Below, piece by piece: positions 13,269-26,971 of a DNA stretch of 64,000 bases. The notes beneath the pieces are model-generated. The model was not told the DNA's origin. It saw only the letters and a list, made by a program, of their open reading frames with translations, and did not search any database. The position numbers and the translations under genes are program-made. The stretch comes from Octopus vulgaris (lineage: Eukaryota), in NCBI GenBank assembly GCA_951406725.2, contig OX597815.1:143592001-143656000 (forward strand), written 5' to 3'. Position 1 is the first letter of the stretch, and each line of letters opens with the position of its first letter.

Positions 13269-13590
13269 CTAACTGACAATCATACACAATCACACACATG
13301 TATACACACACACACCACATAATTGCAAACATACTTAAACACATTCGGGCCTCGTGCATACACACACACATACGAAAAGTTATTGATAACCTTTATTCTT
13401 TTGTAAGACACACACACACACACACACATATACACATTCATGCACATGTATGTGTGGCAGTACTGATGGTGGTACTGACAGTTATAGCAGTGGTGTACCA
13501 CGACAGCAATAGAGGTACAGGCAGTAGTAGTGAGTGTATAGTGCCACCGTGGTAGGAAGAGTAGTGATATGTTGTTGTTGTTGTTTTTGT

Positions 13591-13627
<37 letters not shown>

Positions 13628-14604
13628 TATTGTAGTGGATGTGGTGGTGGTGGTGGTGGTGGTAGTGGAAGAAGTCTGGATAGAAAGCTGCAGCTAACTG
13701 TACAACGAGCGAAGTCTTCGAGGTACAACACAAACACACAGGCATGCTTAAGCAGACAGACAGACAGATACACACACACACACACACAAACACACACAAA
13801 TATATACATATAGAATGATGGTGATGATGATGATGGTAGTAGTGGTGGTGGTAGTGGTGGTGGTGGTGGTGGCGATGTTGGTTAGTAGTGATGCAACATG
13901 AAAGCGGGTATCGAAACTGCAACTGCAAGACCTCACAGACGCAGTCACAGACAGACACCGACAACAGTGCAAGCGATGGTGGTGCAACTGCACAGTCAGA
14001 CTGCAGTATCATGCAATGTAGGGCAAATCACATCGTGTCTAATTTGATGAAATGCACAAATGTGCATCTCACTGGAGGGGGGTGGGGGTGGAGGAGAAGA
14101 AGAAGAAGAAGAAGAAGAAGAAGAAACAAGAGTGTGCACACTGCATTTCTGCAAACTTCGGGGTGGAGTGGGGGATGGGGTAAAATGCACTCAGTTAATT
14201 CCTTGTGAAATGCTAGAGAAAGGAATGCGGTATTGCACACTCCAACAATGAAGTCGGTGCAACTGCAAAACCACTTAGATGACGGGAGGAGGGGGGAGGG
14301 GGAGGACTACAGTAGCAAAAACAACAACAACAACAATAATAATAATAATAGTTCTAAGAATGGTTCTAAAGGTGAAGATTGTGATGATGTAACATTTGGA
14401 TATAATGAAGAATGGTGTAGCAGTAACAACAGCAGAGCAGGTCGATCAAGCTGCTAGAAATAGCAGTCAAATCTCCCAACTTCATAGCACATCATGCCAC
14501 CTTAATATACAGACGGGATGGTCATGAGTGGAATGTTATTGATCATAGGTATGCTCACTCAGAGCTCACTTAGGATTAAATAACAACAACATCGGTGATG
14601 ATCA

Positions 14605-14802
14605 TTTCTATCGTTGATACAAGACCAGGAATTGTAGTGGAAGAAGTGAGGTAACAGTCAATTATATTCACCCCAGCACTTGACTAGTATATCATTCTAT
14701 TGACCCTGGAAGGGTAACAGGCATAACTGACCTCAGTGGGATTTGAACTCAGAATATAAAGAGCCCTAACAAATACTGCAGGGGATTTCATCTGACACTC
14801 TA
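14605..14802 (-). mobile_element. Nin/Deu-domain SINE, diverged
   Basis: gggatttgaactcagaa is the reverse B box; ttgaccctggaaggg is a core remnant. Confidence 0.65.
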
Positions 14803-15011
14803 ATCTTTTTATAAACTACAAAGGTGAAAACTGTGAGAAGCCTCCCCCACCACCACCACTACCATCCTTGCCTGTTCTGTGCAGCACATATGCTACATAG
14901 GACATATTTTTCTGGCATCCATGCATTATATATGATACACATTACAATTTTTTTTTTTTTTGTCAAGTACCAGAATAATTTGGGAATTATGAAAGGAAAG
15001 GAAAGCCTTAT

Positions 15012-15233
15012 CCCTTTCAATACCAACCCGCCTGAAACCGCCTCTGGCTCTGTAGTACAAATGTCTTGTTTTCATATGTTCTGAATGAAAATCTTCCACC
15101 AAACCTTAGTCACAATTTATGTTCCTAACACTAGCTTAATGACAACAAAGTTATTTTACTAAATTCTTTGTTATATTTAAAATTAATTGACAGAAACACA
15201 AAGCATCTCAAAATAAATATGGTAACAAAAGGG
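15012..15233. mobile_element. piggyBac-type MITE
   Basis: Termini ccctttcaatacca / tggtaacaaaaggg, flanked by TTAT (15008) and TTAA (15234). Confidence 0.8.
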
Positions 15234-15390
15234 TTAAATCACTCAGAACATATGAAACAAAGACTAACTTAAAAGCCTGAAAACAAACATGGACGTTTAG
15301 GACAAACTTATTTAAAATGATTCAGGCAGGGAAAGGGTTAAGGGCCAGAGTACAAAATGTGGGAGATTTGGCATACTATGTATACATGTG

Positions 15391-15766
15391 GAGGCGCAAT
15401 GGCCCAGTGGTTAGGGCAGCGGACTCGCGGTCGTAGGATCGCGGTTTCAATTCCCAGACTGGGCATTGTGAGTGTTTATTGAGCAAAAACACCTAAAGCT
15501 TCACAAGGCTCCTGCAGGGGTTGGTGATCCCTGCTGTACTCTTTCACCACAACTTTCTCTCACTCTTTCTTCCTGTTTCTGTTGTACCAGTATTTCAAAG
15601 GGCCAGCCTTGTCACTCTCTGTGTCACGCTGAATCTCCTCGAGAACTACGTTAAGGGTACACGTGTCTGTGGAATGCTCAGCCACTTACACGTTAATTTC
15701 ATGAGCAGGCTGTTCTGTTGATCGGATCAACCGGAACCCTCGTCGTCGTAACCGACGGAGTGCTCC
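15391..15766 (+). mobile_element. Full-length tRNA-headed SINE (OR1-like), young copy
   Basis: A box tggcccagtgg and B box ggtttcaattccc; CpG-rich. A perfect 10-bp TSD tatacatgtg lies at 15381-15390 and 15767-15776. Confidence 0.9.
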
Positions 15767-16127
15767 TATACATGTGTTATAGAACATCAGGGGGTGGATC
15801 CATATTACCTAGGGGCTAATCAATGAGCTCCCACTGATCCATGATTATCGTAACTACTAAAGTCAGGTGCTCTTTCTGTATTATATGCTCCAGCCTACAG
15901 ACACATGCTCAGGAGAGATTCATTCACTGAGGCCTTGCACACTGCTCTCACTAATCTTTGAATGGATTTACTGGAGGACAGAACTTCCCTCTCTCACACT
16001 CACCTTCCATTCTAAGTCAATGAGGCGAATAATTCCCAATACAGGTACAAGGTCAGAAATAGGTACCAGTCAAATATCAAAGCTAATTAATTGATTAATC
16101 AACTGGGACTTTATTTTATTCATCACC

Positions 16128-16335
16128 ATCATCGTCATTTAATGTCTGCTTTCCTTGCTGACATGGGTTGAACAGTTTGACAGGAACTGGCAAGCTCAAG
16201 AGCTGCACCAGGCACCAGTTGTCTGTTTTGGTATGGCTTCTATGACTGGATGCCCTTTCTAATGCCAACCTCTTTACAGAATGTACTGGGTGCTTTTTAG
16301 GTGTTACCAGCAGGGTTGCCAAGTAACTTGCAAGA
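16128..16335 (-). mobile_element. Meta-core repeat, diverged
   Basis: ctggatgccctttctaatgccaacc core and a (CAT)n tail. Confidence 0.75.
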
Positions 16336-16959
16336 CAAAGGACCTCTTAGTTGAGAGAAGTAGAACCAAGGAAAGTAGTTGTGTGCCAGGCAAGAGGTCA
16401 GAGTACAATAGAGGAACAGAGATAATTGTCTTACCTTAGAAGAGATAATTGGCCACCCCAGCAGGATAAGGAAGGAGAAGGAAGGTGGGAGAGAATTAAA
16501 GAGAAGGATAGAAAGACAGTCAGAGACCTTGGAAAAATGAAAGGCACAAACTCCTTTACATGAAAGTAGGTAAGGGTTAGCAATAAAAAGGCATACAACT
16601 GTAAAAGCAATGCTTCAAAAATATGCATTTGTCTAATTTAGATGTTGGCAACCTTTTTGAAGAAGTGGGATGCATAAAACATGACTCATCATCAGGAAGA
16701 ACACACTACAAATATAAAATCTAATGTAATTTTTCATTAGATGTGTCGTTCAGAAAGTGTCACTGAACACAGTTTGCCCATGACTTGTCTAACCCATGAT
16801 GGCTTGCAAAAACAGACATAAAAAAAACATGTACTCACTTGGAGAGTACATAAATGCAGTGTAGTATAAGTAGTTACACAACCATCTTGGAAACAAAAGA
16901 TACAGTTTCAATACCCAACAGAGAATTTCTAGTTGTTTTTCCAATCACAAACTGTTATC

Positions 16960-17130
16960 ATAACGCGAGGACGTGAAAGAAATATAGTATTATTGGACGC
17001 TCAGGAAAGAAGGAGGGTTTAATGTTTCGAGCGGAGCTCTTCGTCGGAAACATAGGAGAAGGAAAGATCCAGAGAAGGGAAGACAAAGGAAACAAAAATC
17101 GCCAATGGTACATACGAGGTCACATTTTGA
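16960..17130 (-). mobile_element. Short PLE-like element with minimal hammerhead (17017-17051); same family as 37787-37965
   Basis: Reverse strand reads gttt-CCGACGA-a-GAGC tcc GCTC-GAAAC-AUU-aaac and abuts a (TA)n tract. Confidence 0.75.
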
Positions 17131-18585
17131 TATATATATATATATATACACACACACATATATATGTCTCAAAACATACATACACATATATATGTATTAA
17201 AAACATAAACACATATATAAATATATACATACATATACACACACATATATATGTAAACACATACATAAACATACATATATCAATATATATATATACATAC
17301 ATATATATATGCATGCATATACATATATATATGCATGTGTGTGTGTGTGTGACAGAGAGTGGGAGAGACCTTATAAAGAGAGCAATAATGTAAAGGGTGA
17401 TGAAGCAGAGAAATGTTTACATTTTAAACATAAGAGAGAGAGGTGGAAGAGAGTACTGCATAGTTGTGTACCTTTAATAGAACTCTCTACAAAGAAACCA
17501 CGATAAAAAAGAAATAATGAGAAAATGCACCAAAAGAGAGGAGAGAGAGAGGGGAGAGAATCGTGGATGTCATTCCCTATTTGAACTATGTCCTAAATTC
17601 ATGAGAATTTTGGTGTTTTAATCTTAATAACAAGCAAATCAAGGAAGATGTGCCCGTAGCAGCAGTGGCAAGCAATAATAATGGTTGTGTCTGTTTTGCT
17701 AATTATTTCTTTATTTATATATATTTATTTGCTTTATTTATTTCTTGTCTTCTATATTTGCTTTGTTAAATGACACAGGCAAAACTTTGATAATGTAATC
17801 AAGATAGAATGCACAGCTGTGTTAATGCCTCTTCTGCTGATTCTCTTTTACTCGGCTGCTGCTGCCTTCAGGCATCTGGGGGATTTAGTTCACAGCTTGT
17901 GACTTCAGCGGTGCTGACATCTGTGAATGAGTTGTAACATTAGCAATAGATTGGGTTGGCGCTGTAAAGAGCCAAGTTCCTAGTTACTGCTCCACTTCAA
18001 AAGACTCTTCAAATACTACAAAGATGTTAGCTATCACATCGACCTTAAATATGCTTCTTCCTTTTTCTTTTGCTTCCTCCTCCTCCTCATCCTCTCCCTT
18101 TTTTTTTCTTTTCCTTTTATTTTTTGTTTGTTTGTTTGTTTGTTTGTTTTTATTTTGGTTCTGTTCTGCTTTGTTGAAAGGTTACATGTCATATGCTAGG
18201 TATTTAGTTTAACAAACATATTAGCCAAAGCAGAAACAGCATTAGTAGTCTCACTTGTAAGGCATCATCTGTCATATTAAACAGCAAACTATTGCGATTC
18301 CAATAGTGCAAAGGGTTGAAGGTTTGCAGAGAGTACAGTTGTATGTTGAGGAAAACAGCAAAGATAAGATTAACTAATCGCTACTAACAGACATTGCTTT
18401 TGAACTTCTCTTTGAGACATTCAGATCTGCGGTGACCATGGCAATGGCACCAGCATCAGTATTATCAGCTTATGAATGTTCTGGAACTGTGGTAGTATTG
18501 CGGATGGCATTAAGGAAAGAAATGAAAGGAAATAAGCATAAAGATGACAGAAGTTGCAGGAAAAAAAGTTTATAGTAGAAACAAT

Positions 18586-18645
18586 TACCAGTGGTATATT
18601 TAATATATACCAGTGGTATATTTAATATATACCAGTGGTATATAT
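18586..18645. repeat. 22-bp tandem repeat taccagtggtatatttaatata, about 2.7 copies
   Basis: Direct reading. Confidence 0.9.
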
Positions 18646-19039
18646 TATATATATTGAAGAACCACCTACACAAGCATGTTGATATACTGTTATATACATA
18701 TGCGCGCGCACACACACAAATATTATCGTCATTTTAATGTTTACTTTTCTGTGCTTGCATGGGCTGGACAGAGGTCATCGAGGTAAGTGGTCTATGGCTG
18801 GATGCCTTTCCTATGTGTCACCATTACCGGTTTCTTTCAAAGCAGGACAGGGTTTTTGTAGAAGATTAGAAATGAACAACTCCACTTCTATGGTGGTGAC
18901 ACTCATTTACGACTATCATGTGATTTCAAAACAAGACACAAACACAGATACACTCACCAATGAGCACACACACGCACACACACATGTATACATATATATA
19001 GAGATGCATATATACATATATGCATACACATACACACAC

Positions 19040-19200
19040 AACAGGCTTCTTTCAGTTTCTGTCTACCAAATCCACACAAAAGGCTTTGCTCAGCCAGGGG
19101 CTATGGCAGATGGTAGTTGTAAAAAGTGTTATACATTGGGACTAAACAGAAAATTACATGGTTAGGAAGCAAACATTTTTACCACACAGCTATGTCTGTG
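19040..19200 (-). mobile_element. CORE-type SINE, 5' half, diverged
   Basis: ggcttctttcagtttctgtctaccaaatccac matches the family. Confidence 0.75.
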
Positions 19201-19274
19201 TGAGCATACATATCAGCATTGTTTCGTCATCGTCATTGTCATCATTATTATCATAATCATCATCATCGTCAGCT

Positions 19275-19740
19275 TATACCCAATTTTCTTTGATTGTACA
19301 TATTGGATGGATGATCTTGTCTACTAGTGTCTCACCACTTGTGAGGTTCTTTGTCAACAATTTCATGAAGTTCAGCATTTTATGATCAGCTTCCACCACT
19401 TGTTCCAATGTCTGCCTCACCCTCTTCCACAGGTTCTTTCCACTTGGATTGCCTGATATTCCTTTGGTATTACAGATGACCTTCAGACATATCCTGATCA
19501 GCCTGGTTTCCTCTTTATACACTACAGCTGATCATTCTCATTCCCTGTTTTCAGTTTTCTTTTAGTTCATTTGTGGTTCATCATTCATTCATTCACACAA
19601 ATATTAGACAATCCAGTTTTTGCATTCAATCCCCATGTTTTGCTACCATGCAACATTGAACTTTATACCTAAGCATCAGACAATTTGCCCTTCACTCTCA
19701 GAGAAAATCCATCGGCAGCTAGCAAACATGATATTTCCTT
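19275..19740 (-). pseudogene. Decayed RTE-clade LINE, C-terminal part of ORF
   Basis: Manual translation gives GFSLRVKGKLSDA*V*SSMLHGSKTWGL and RVRQTLEQVVEADHKMLN. These match the RTE motifs xSLRxKGRLYxACVRSxMLHGSETW and RPRKTWxEVVxxDL. Confidence 0.8.
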
Positions 19741-21086
19741 GACCCTTTTTACACCCTATTTTCTCTCAGGTTACTAAACCTTCAAAATAGATTCTCATCA
19801 TAAGACTAAATGCAAGAAAGCGAAATTTGAAGAAGGCTGAATTCAAATGACCTAAAACAAAAAAAAATAAGAGAGCTTGAAAGATCAAAACCTCAGAAAG
19901 TCAAATTTTGAAATAGTTTAAGAGTAAAATAATGTGGAAAGCAACCTTAAAAGACATTTATTTGTGGTTCTGAAAGGGAATTTATAATAACATATTTATT
20001 TTTATTCTGCTAAATCAGAATAATAAAGGTAAGCAAGAAAGGTCTTTTTATTTACTTACACGATGACAACGATGATGATAGAAGCATACAACAGGGATAA
20101 GATAATGAAGACCTAAGTGAAAACTGAAATAGTTTATTTATTGAATACTTCCCTTCTTTAAATTCTCTCATTATTTAATAGTTTCCTTTTTCTTTTAATA
20201 CAAATGTAAACAAATCAAACAATCGAAAGACTGAACTTAATGTCAGTATTATAAAGCAAAAGAGTGAAAGCAAAGAGAGATAAGCATATGCATAAGGAGG
20301 AAAACATTTGATAATGAGGCAACTTTAAGAACAGAATATTCAAAAAAGGTAACTATCTAAGTATTTGTTTATGTTCTTGATATGAATCCCTACAATATAC
20401 TTTTATCATTATCATCCTGTGATAAAGAAATCATTATTATTTTCTGTAAGTAAATATGTTCACTGTATCTCACATGCCTTTGTTATTTTGACACAGCTTA
20501 ATATAAAAAAAGTAAATGTTATAATATGTTTCTCAAATAAACTACATTTGAAGCGATGAATAAATGTTTTTAAGAGCATTTTCCCTCTTATTTTCCCCTA
20601 AAATAGTTATACTGATATAACATACATAATAAAAGGAGGAAATATGCTTCTCAAATAATCTCTATTATCAAACTGCTATTTTTCTTCTAATGTAGCAGAA
20701 TAAAAGAAGAAAATATGCTACAATATGTTTGTTGAATAAACCGTAAATAAATATATTTTAAGGTCAATTTTCATATTTTTCCCCAGCATTATTTCAAAAC
20801 TCAATATTCTGAGCATCAAGCCTTTCAAGTCTCTTGATTATTAAGTCATTTGAATTTTGTCTTCTCATGTTCAGTCTTATGACACAAATCCTTTTGAACA
20901 CCTACCCCCACTGCTAATTAAGCCACCTAATTTAACAAAAGCTATAATCTACTTCTAAGGAACTTTTCAAACATTTGAAAGGATACACAGATCACAAACT
21001 ACTCCTGTTTATTTATGACATACAAAATTTTCTCTCTCACAACTAATTTATGATCACACTGCATCTTTTGTGCACCCATAGCTCGG

Positions 21087-21710
21087 TGCAGGAATGACTG
21101 TGTAGTAAGAATATAGGCACAGGTATGGTTGTGTAGTAAGAAGCTTGCTTCCCAACCACATGGTCCCAGGTTCAGTCCCACTGCATGGTACCTTGGGTAA
21201 GTGTTTTCTGCCATAGCCTCAGGTCAACTTGTGAGTGGATTTGGTAGACAGAAACTGAAAGAGGCCCATTGATCATGGTTGATGCCAGCTCCTCTGGCCC
21301 CTGTGCCAGTGGCATGTAAAAAGCACTCACTACTCTCAGAGTGGTTGGCGTTAGGAAGGCATCCAGCTGTAGAATCATTGCCAGATCAGATTGGAGCCTG
21401 GTGCAGCCTCCTGGCTTCCCAAACCCCAGTCGAAATGTCCAACTTATGCCAGCATGGAAAACGGACGTTAAATGATGATGATGATGATGATATGTATGTT
21501 TGTGTGTCCATGTTTGTTCCCCCACCATTGCTTGACAACTGATGTTGCTGTGTTTACATCCCCGTAACTTAGCAGTTGGGCAAAAAGAGACCAATAGAAT
21601 AAGTACTAGGCTTACAAAGAATAAGTCTTGGGGTCAATTTCTTCGACTAAAGGTGGTGCTCCAGCATGGCTGCAGTCAAATGACTGAAACAAGTAAAAGA
21701 ATAAAAGAAT
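21087..21710 (+). mobile_element. CORE-type SINE interrupted by a Meta-core repeat (about 21275-21491, + strand)
   Basis: The 5' half ends at gaaagaggccc, the Meta-core insert ends in (GAT)n, and the 3' half resumes at about 21492 and ends aagtaaaagaataaaagaata. Confidence 0.85.
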
Positions 21711-22349
21711 ACACACACACACAAATGCATATGCGTGTGTGTGTGTGTGCGTTTAAACATATACTTAATATTATATCGTCTTTATTAGATTGTTTGTCAA
21801 CAAAATTATTCGTATTTCAATTCTTTGTGACCAAATTCCCAATAGACTTTAACACACTCCCTGAAGTATTGAGTACTTTGTTATGTATCTGTTAACCTTC
21901 TTCACATGAACACAATACAAGAATATTATATAGTTAATGGAGAGTTGTCATCATGGAACATGGACATTAAACGAAGAAGAAGAAGAAGAAGAAGAAGAAG
22001 AAGAAGAGGAGGAGGAGGAGTGAACATTAAGTGAATGGATAAAGGGTTAACAAGAGGTGTTAAGTAAAAATGTTTTAATAATATATTTTTATAACTGTGA
22101 TTTAAAAAGTTTTGCCAGTAAAGGCACCAAAAACTGATGAAGCTTCAAAGTCATTGTCAATAAAATTTATTAAACATTGTATGTATGCGTCTGCACATAA
22201 TACAAACACACACACATATGGAAATGGAAGATTCTATGCCTTCTACTGCTTCCAAAACGCAATGAAAACTGTGGGAAAGCTTACTCTATATACTATTATG
22301 TATGTTATTTTTACATAAATTATTTTTGAAAATATTATGTAATTTAATT

Positions 22350-22622
22350 ACCAAGAGAAAACTGGGTATAAGAAGAACCAGATTAAGTGTGCAAGAGATA
22401 AAGTTGTGCTGATACAAAGATACAATGCAAATGGGAGGAGCCTGCAGCAAAGGAAACCAAATAAGACATGGATAGAAGTGGTGAAGGTGGATCTCCCAGA
22501 GGCTGTATGTCATGAAGGAGATGACAAAAGACCACAAGTGGCAAAACACTGTACTGAGAAAAAAAAAGGACACAGCCAACTTATGCAATTATAGCAAAAA
22601 TAGAATATAAAACCATGATGTT
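22350..22622 (+). pseudogene. Decayed RTE LINE 3' end
   Basis: Translates to REKLGIRRTRLSVQEIKLC*Y and RKPNKTWIEVVKVDL, followed by a tail resembling the Meta-core repeat tail. Confidence 0.75.
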
Positions 22623-22768
22623 GGTGATGATGATGATGGTGGTGGTGGTGGTGTGTGTGTGTGTGTGCAGATATATATACTCATGTGTGCATATGAATAT
22701 GCATAAGATGAAGGTTATTTACATTAATTACAATTGACAGATATTTGTCCTCATCTTGTTTGTTGTTA

Positions 22769-22812
22769 CCACAATGTTTCGGCTGATATACCTTCCAGCC
22801 TTCATCAGGTAT
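22769..22812 (-). ncRNA. Minimal type I hammerhead ribozyme motif (left arm)
   Basis: Reverse strand reads atac-CUGAUGA-a-GGCUG gaaggtatat CAGCC-GAAAC-AUU-gugg. Confidence 0.7.
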
Positions 22813-23077
22813 CTTGAGGAAATTTCGAACCTGGGTTCTCATTCCTAAGGTATTTTTCGATGTTGTTGTTGTTGTTATTCAGGTCACTGCCTGGAATCAA
22901 ACTCGGAATCTTGGGATTAGTAGCCTGTGCTGTGGTTAAGAGCGCAAGCTACTAACCCCAAGATTCCGAGTTCGATTCCAGGCTGTGACCTGAATAATAA
23001 CGATAATAATAATAACAACAACAGCAACATCAAAAAGTACCTAAGGAATGAGAACCCAGGTTCGAAATTTCCCCAAG

Positions 23078-23121
23078 ATACCTGATGAAGGCTGGAGGGT
23101 ATATCAGCTGAAACGTTGTGG
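23078..23121 (+). ncRNA. Minimal type I hammerhead ribozyme motif (right arm)
   Basis: atac-CUGAUGA(23082)-a-GGCUG gagggtatat CAGCU-GAAAC(23110)-GUU-gugg, with a palindromic AACGUU stem III. Confidence 0.75.
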
Positions 23122-25419
23122 TAACAACAAACAAGATGAGGACAAATATCCTCAATTGTAAATAATATAAATAATGTACATAATTCCTCATCTCTTAAAC
23201 ATAGAACTGTATAAGATGAAGGCTTTGCAGGCGGAAAATTCAAAGTCACTGTCAACAACTTTCTTGTATAAGAATAATAAATTTGTAGTCTACAAAAGTA
23301 GAGAATACAGATTAATGTAAAATTGTTTTTTTATTATAACTGAACTGAAAAGCAAACATTAATATACACATATATATGTACGCATAATGTGTATGTAAAT
23401 ATATATATAACACATTTACTGACTAATTAATGAAGGATCAACAAAAGTATAATGAATATTTCTCAGAATGTCAAGAACAAATGGAAAAAAATCATGTGAA
23501 AATAAAGGCTTTCGTTCTTGTAAGGACTTTTCAGCGACATAATCCTTGACTTGAGGCCTTTTAAGATGTTAAAGCTCACTTCAGTTGAAGCAGATTGCAG
23601 GCAGCTAGATAAACGTCTGGCTGCAACCACCAATAGGTCCAATGGTCCTTCTATACCCAGCGGGCATTGAGGCCACCACTACCTACCACATTATTCAGAT
23701 ACAACTACCTCTCTGTGATGGTAATCAGAGTTTAATATGGATGTAAGTCTATTGAGAAATTAATAACAATTGACTGAGACATAAGCCTATAGTGCAAGCA
23801 TCTTGGCATCTAGCATTGCTCCATTCAGCTACAACATCCTGGATGTAGATGTTGTTGCAAGATGAGTGAAGATGAAGGGTGAATGATGAATATAAAAAAA
23901 AAAATGAAATCATTAACAAAACTAAGAGGGCCATTATATCTGACGAGTAACCAACTTGAGCCAAGACTAACTACTTACCAGCATAACATGCTAGTTGTTG
24001 CACACATTTTGCATTGTTAACTTGCATTGTTGAGATAAATGCAATAATAATATTGTATAGCCACTTCTTGTACAAAGCAGTAACAACTACATAACATCTA
24101 TGCAGAAACCTTCACACACACACACATGGGGATGGACACACACTCACACATATATACACATGGCAACAGACGGACACACACACAAACACATATACACACA
24201 GGGATGAATACACACACACATACATATATACACACAGGGATGGATACACACATAGACACACGCAGAGTCCACTCTGATGGTTACCTCAAGTGGATACCTG
24301 AACACGAGATGTTCAAATATAGATTGAGATGTTTCTCAGTTACACCAGGAATCACATCATATTGTGTAAACATTCAGAAAATAAATCTAATGGATAGAAG
24401 GAAAAAGCAGTGCGTGAGAGCCATAGCTTGAGGATAAGTATTGAACTGACATTTCCATTTCCAGAAAAAAACACAATATTAAGCCAATACTACAACATAA
24501 CGAACAACTTGTCGATTTTGTTGTACTCCCACTGGGCCAGCAACATGATTGTGCTAAACAGTGTTGCCTACTAACAGCCAGGTGGACTGGAGCATTTCAG
24601 AGATAAAAGTGCAAAATGGGGATGGTGACCAAGGATTGTTGCTGCCAGGTTACCCTGCCTCCTTGGAACCATTGCTTTGTATGCCCCCCACCCCACCTCA
24701 CCCTACATACACACATATGTGCATATGCATATACATACACAACCTACAAACACGCATACATGTATACACAGATACACACAGAGAATTTTCTGATTTCCTT
24801 TGAAAATATGTCTGAAACTTTCCAGCTGTAATTAGAGAAATAGAATACATGCATACAACTGTATGGTTATCAGTGTGTTTGTGAGTATGCGTGTGTATAT
24901 ACACACACATGCATGCACGCATACACATATATATTTATATATGACTGTATATGTGTGTGTGAGACACACGCACATAAACACAGAGTCATATATATACATG
25001 TGTACATACACACACATATGTATATGAAATTATTCTTATATATACATGAGTAACTGCATAATTACGTCTGAATAAATGGTGGGGGAAAAAGGGAATTTTA
25101 TATAAATAAAAAATGACAGCCATGTCAACAACTGGAATGAGATTAGATAACATATGTTTATCAGATAATATAAGTGGTAGTGCGGTAGATATGAATGTTT
25201 CCACACACACACACACACACACATGCATGCATGCATGCACACGCACACATGTACACAAGGTTGTAGAGCAATGTGTTTTGAAATTACAGATTATATACCC
25301 TGTAGATATAAACATTATCACTCTGGTCAGCTGTGATCACGTGTACTGCCAATAATGGTCCTCCATCGCCACAATTTCACTAGTGTGGAAATAAATAACA
25401 TGACTGTTTACGTTAATAG

Positions 25420-25840
25420 TATATATGTGTGTGTGTGTGTGTGTGTGTGCATATATATATATATATATACACACAAATATATACACATATATATACATAA
25501 AACATATACATATATATATACATATATATACATAAAACATATACATACATATACATATATATACATTACATATATATACATATATACACCTATATACACA
25601 TATATATACACACATATATATCCATATATACACACATATATATATACAAATATATACATAAATATACACATACATATATATATATATACATAAACATACA
25701 TATATACATATGTATATATATATATAAACAAACACATGTATATATATATATATATACATAAACATACATATAAGCATAAACATACATATATATATGTGTA
25801 TAAACATAAACATACATATATACACACATATATATATATC
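25420..25840. repeat. Compound (TA)/(CA) microsatellite
   Basis: Direct reading. Confidence 0.95.
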
Positions 25841-26971
25841 AAAATATATGTAGTTTGTATGTGTTCATGCGTGGGCATTATAGCAGGACAACAAAAAGAG
25901 TAAGCAAGGAAAGGCCAAAGAGAGAGAAAAAAAACAAAAAAAAAATGGGGAAAAAAAACACACTAAAGATGTAAAGACAAGCTAAAACAAAGAACTAGAC
26001 CATTGTCCAGAAATGTCTGGCTGCCTTGAGTCTGGAGAATGTGGTTGTTCAGTGAAGAATACACTTGTATTGATTCTGTCTCTGCTGGAACTTCAGCACA
26101 TTCCAGTCTGGAGGAGATCAATGCTAGCAATAATATTTCACACTCAACCAGAATGGAATTTTTATTTTACTTTTGCTGAAATGGCACAGTGTGAGTAGCA
26201 GAAGCATGAAGGCTCCTGTTTTGTTCCAGTTCTTGTTGTTGTTGTTATTTATTGTAGACATTTTTATTATTTTGGGAAGATTTTCTTTTTATTATATTTT
26301 GCTGTGAGTTTATCATTTTTTTTTTATATTATTTCTGGAAGAAAAAAAAATTTGTTAATTAGATTTCTTCTAGATTTTTCAAACTTTTTCATCTCACTGT
26401 CTTCTTAATTCTTCTTAGTGCCTCCTTTTATCAGTTTTTTCTTAGTATTTTTTTTTTTAGTTTTTTTTTTTCCTTCTCTTCTTGTTTCTTCTTTTACCTC
26501 TTCCCTCTTTATTATTTATTTCCCTCCTTGATTCTTCAACTCTATTATTGTTATTATTATTATTATTGTTGTTGTTGTTTCTCCCTCCAACTAATGTAGC
26601 TTTGCTCATGTTACATGATGAATCTGTGACACAACATAGAATATGCCTTATTGTATAACATTGTAGCTGTCCCAGTTACACACCACAACATCACTGCACC
26701 CTACTTGCAACCACTACACCCACACCAGTGCCAACATTTCCTCATTCTATCAGTTCCAACCATGATCATCCCATTTATTATTTATTTATATTATCTCATT
26801 ATTTATTTGCCTTGTTTTTTTTTGTTTTTGTTTTTTTGGGTGCATTTTGTATTTAGAACTTAACATTCCAATTGATGTTTCTCTCTTTAAGACAAAGTAT
26901 GTTTCAAAAGTGATTTAGCTGCTAATTCTAGTAGACCAAGTATGGTAACTTCAGAAGCTCCTTTACTAATA

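Larger units (their letters stand above)
22715..23210. mobile_element. Palindromic head-to-head dimer of a tRNA-headed, hammerhead-bearing short retroelement with 12-bp TSD
   Basis: Arms 22715-22931 and 22932-23175 are reverse complements. B box gagttcgattcc is at 22968-22979. TSD ataagatgaagg lies at 22703-22714 and 23211-23222. Confidence 0.9.

Noticed and set aside
15391-15460. Functional tRNA genes at SINE heads (also 22932-22985, 61252-61310)
   Set aside because: The acceptor stems do not close and the sequences continue into SINE bodies.
26085-26115. miR-1-like TGGAATGT on the minus strand
   Set aside because: Only the seed matches; the remainder and the hairpin do not fit miR-1.
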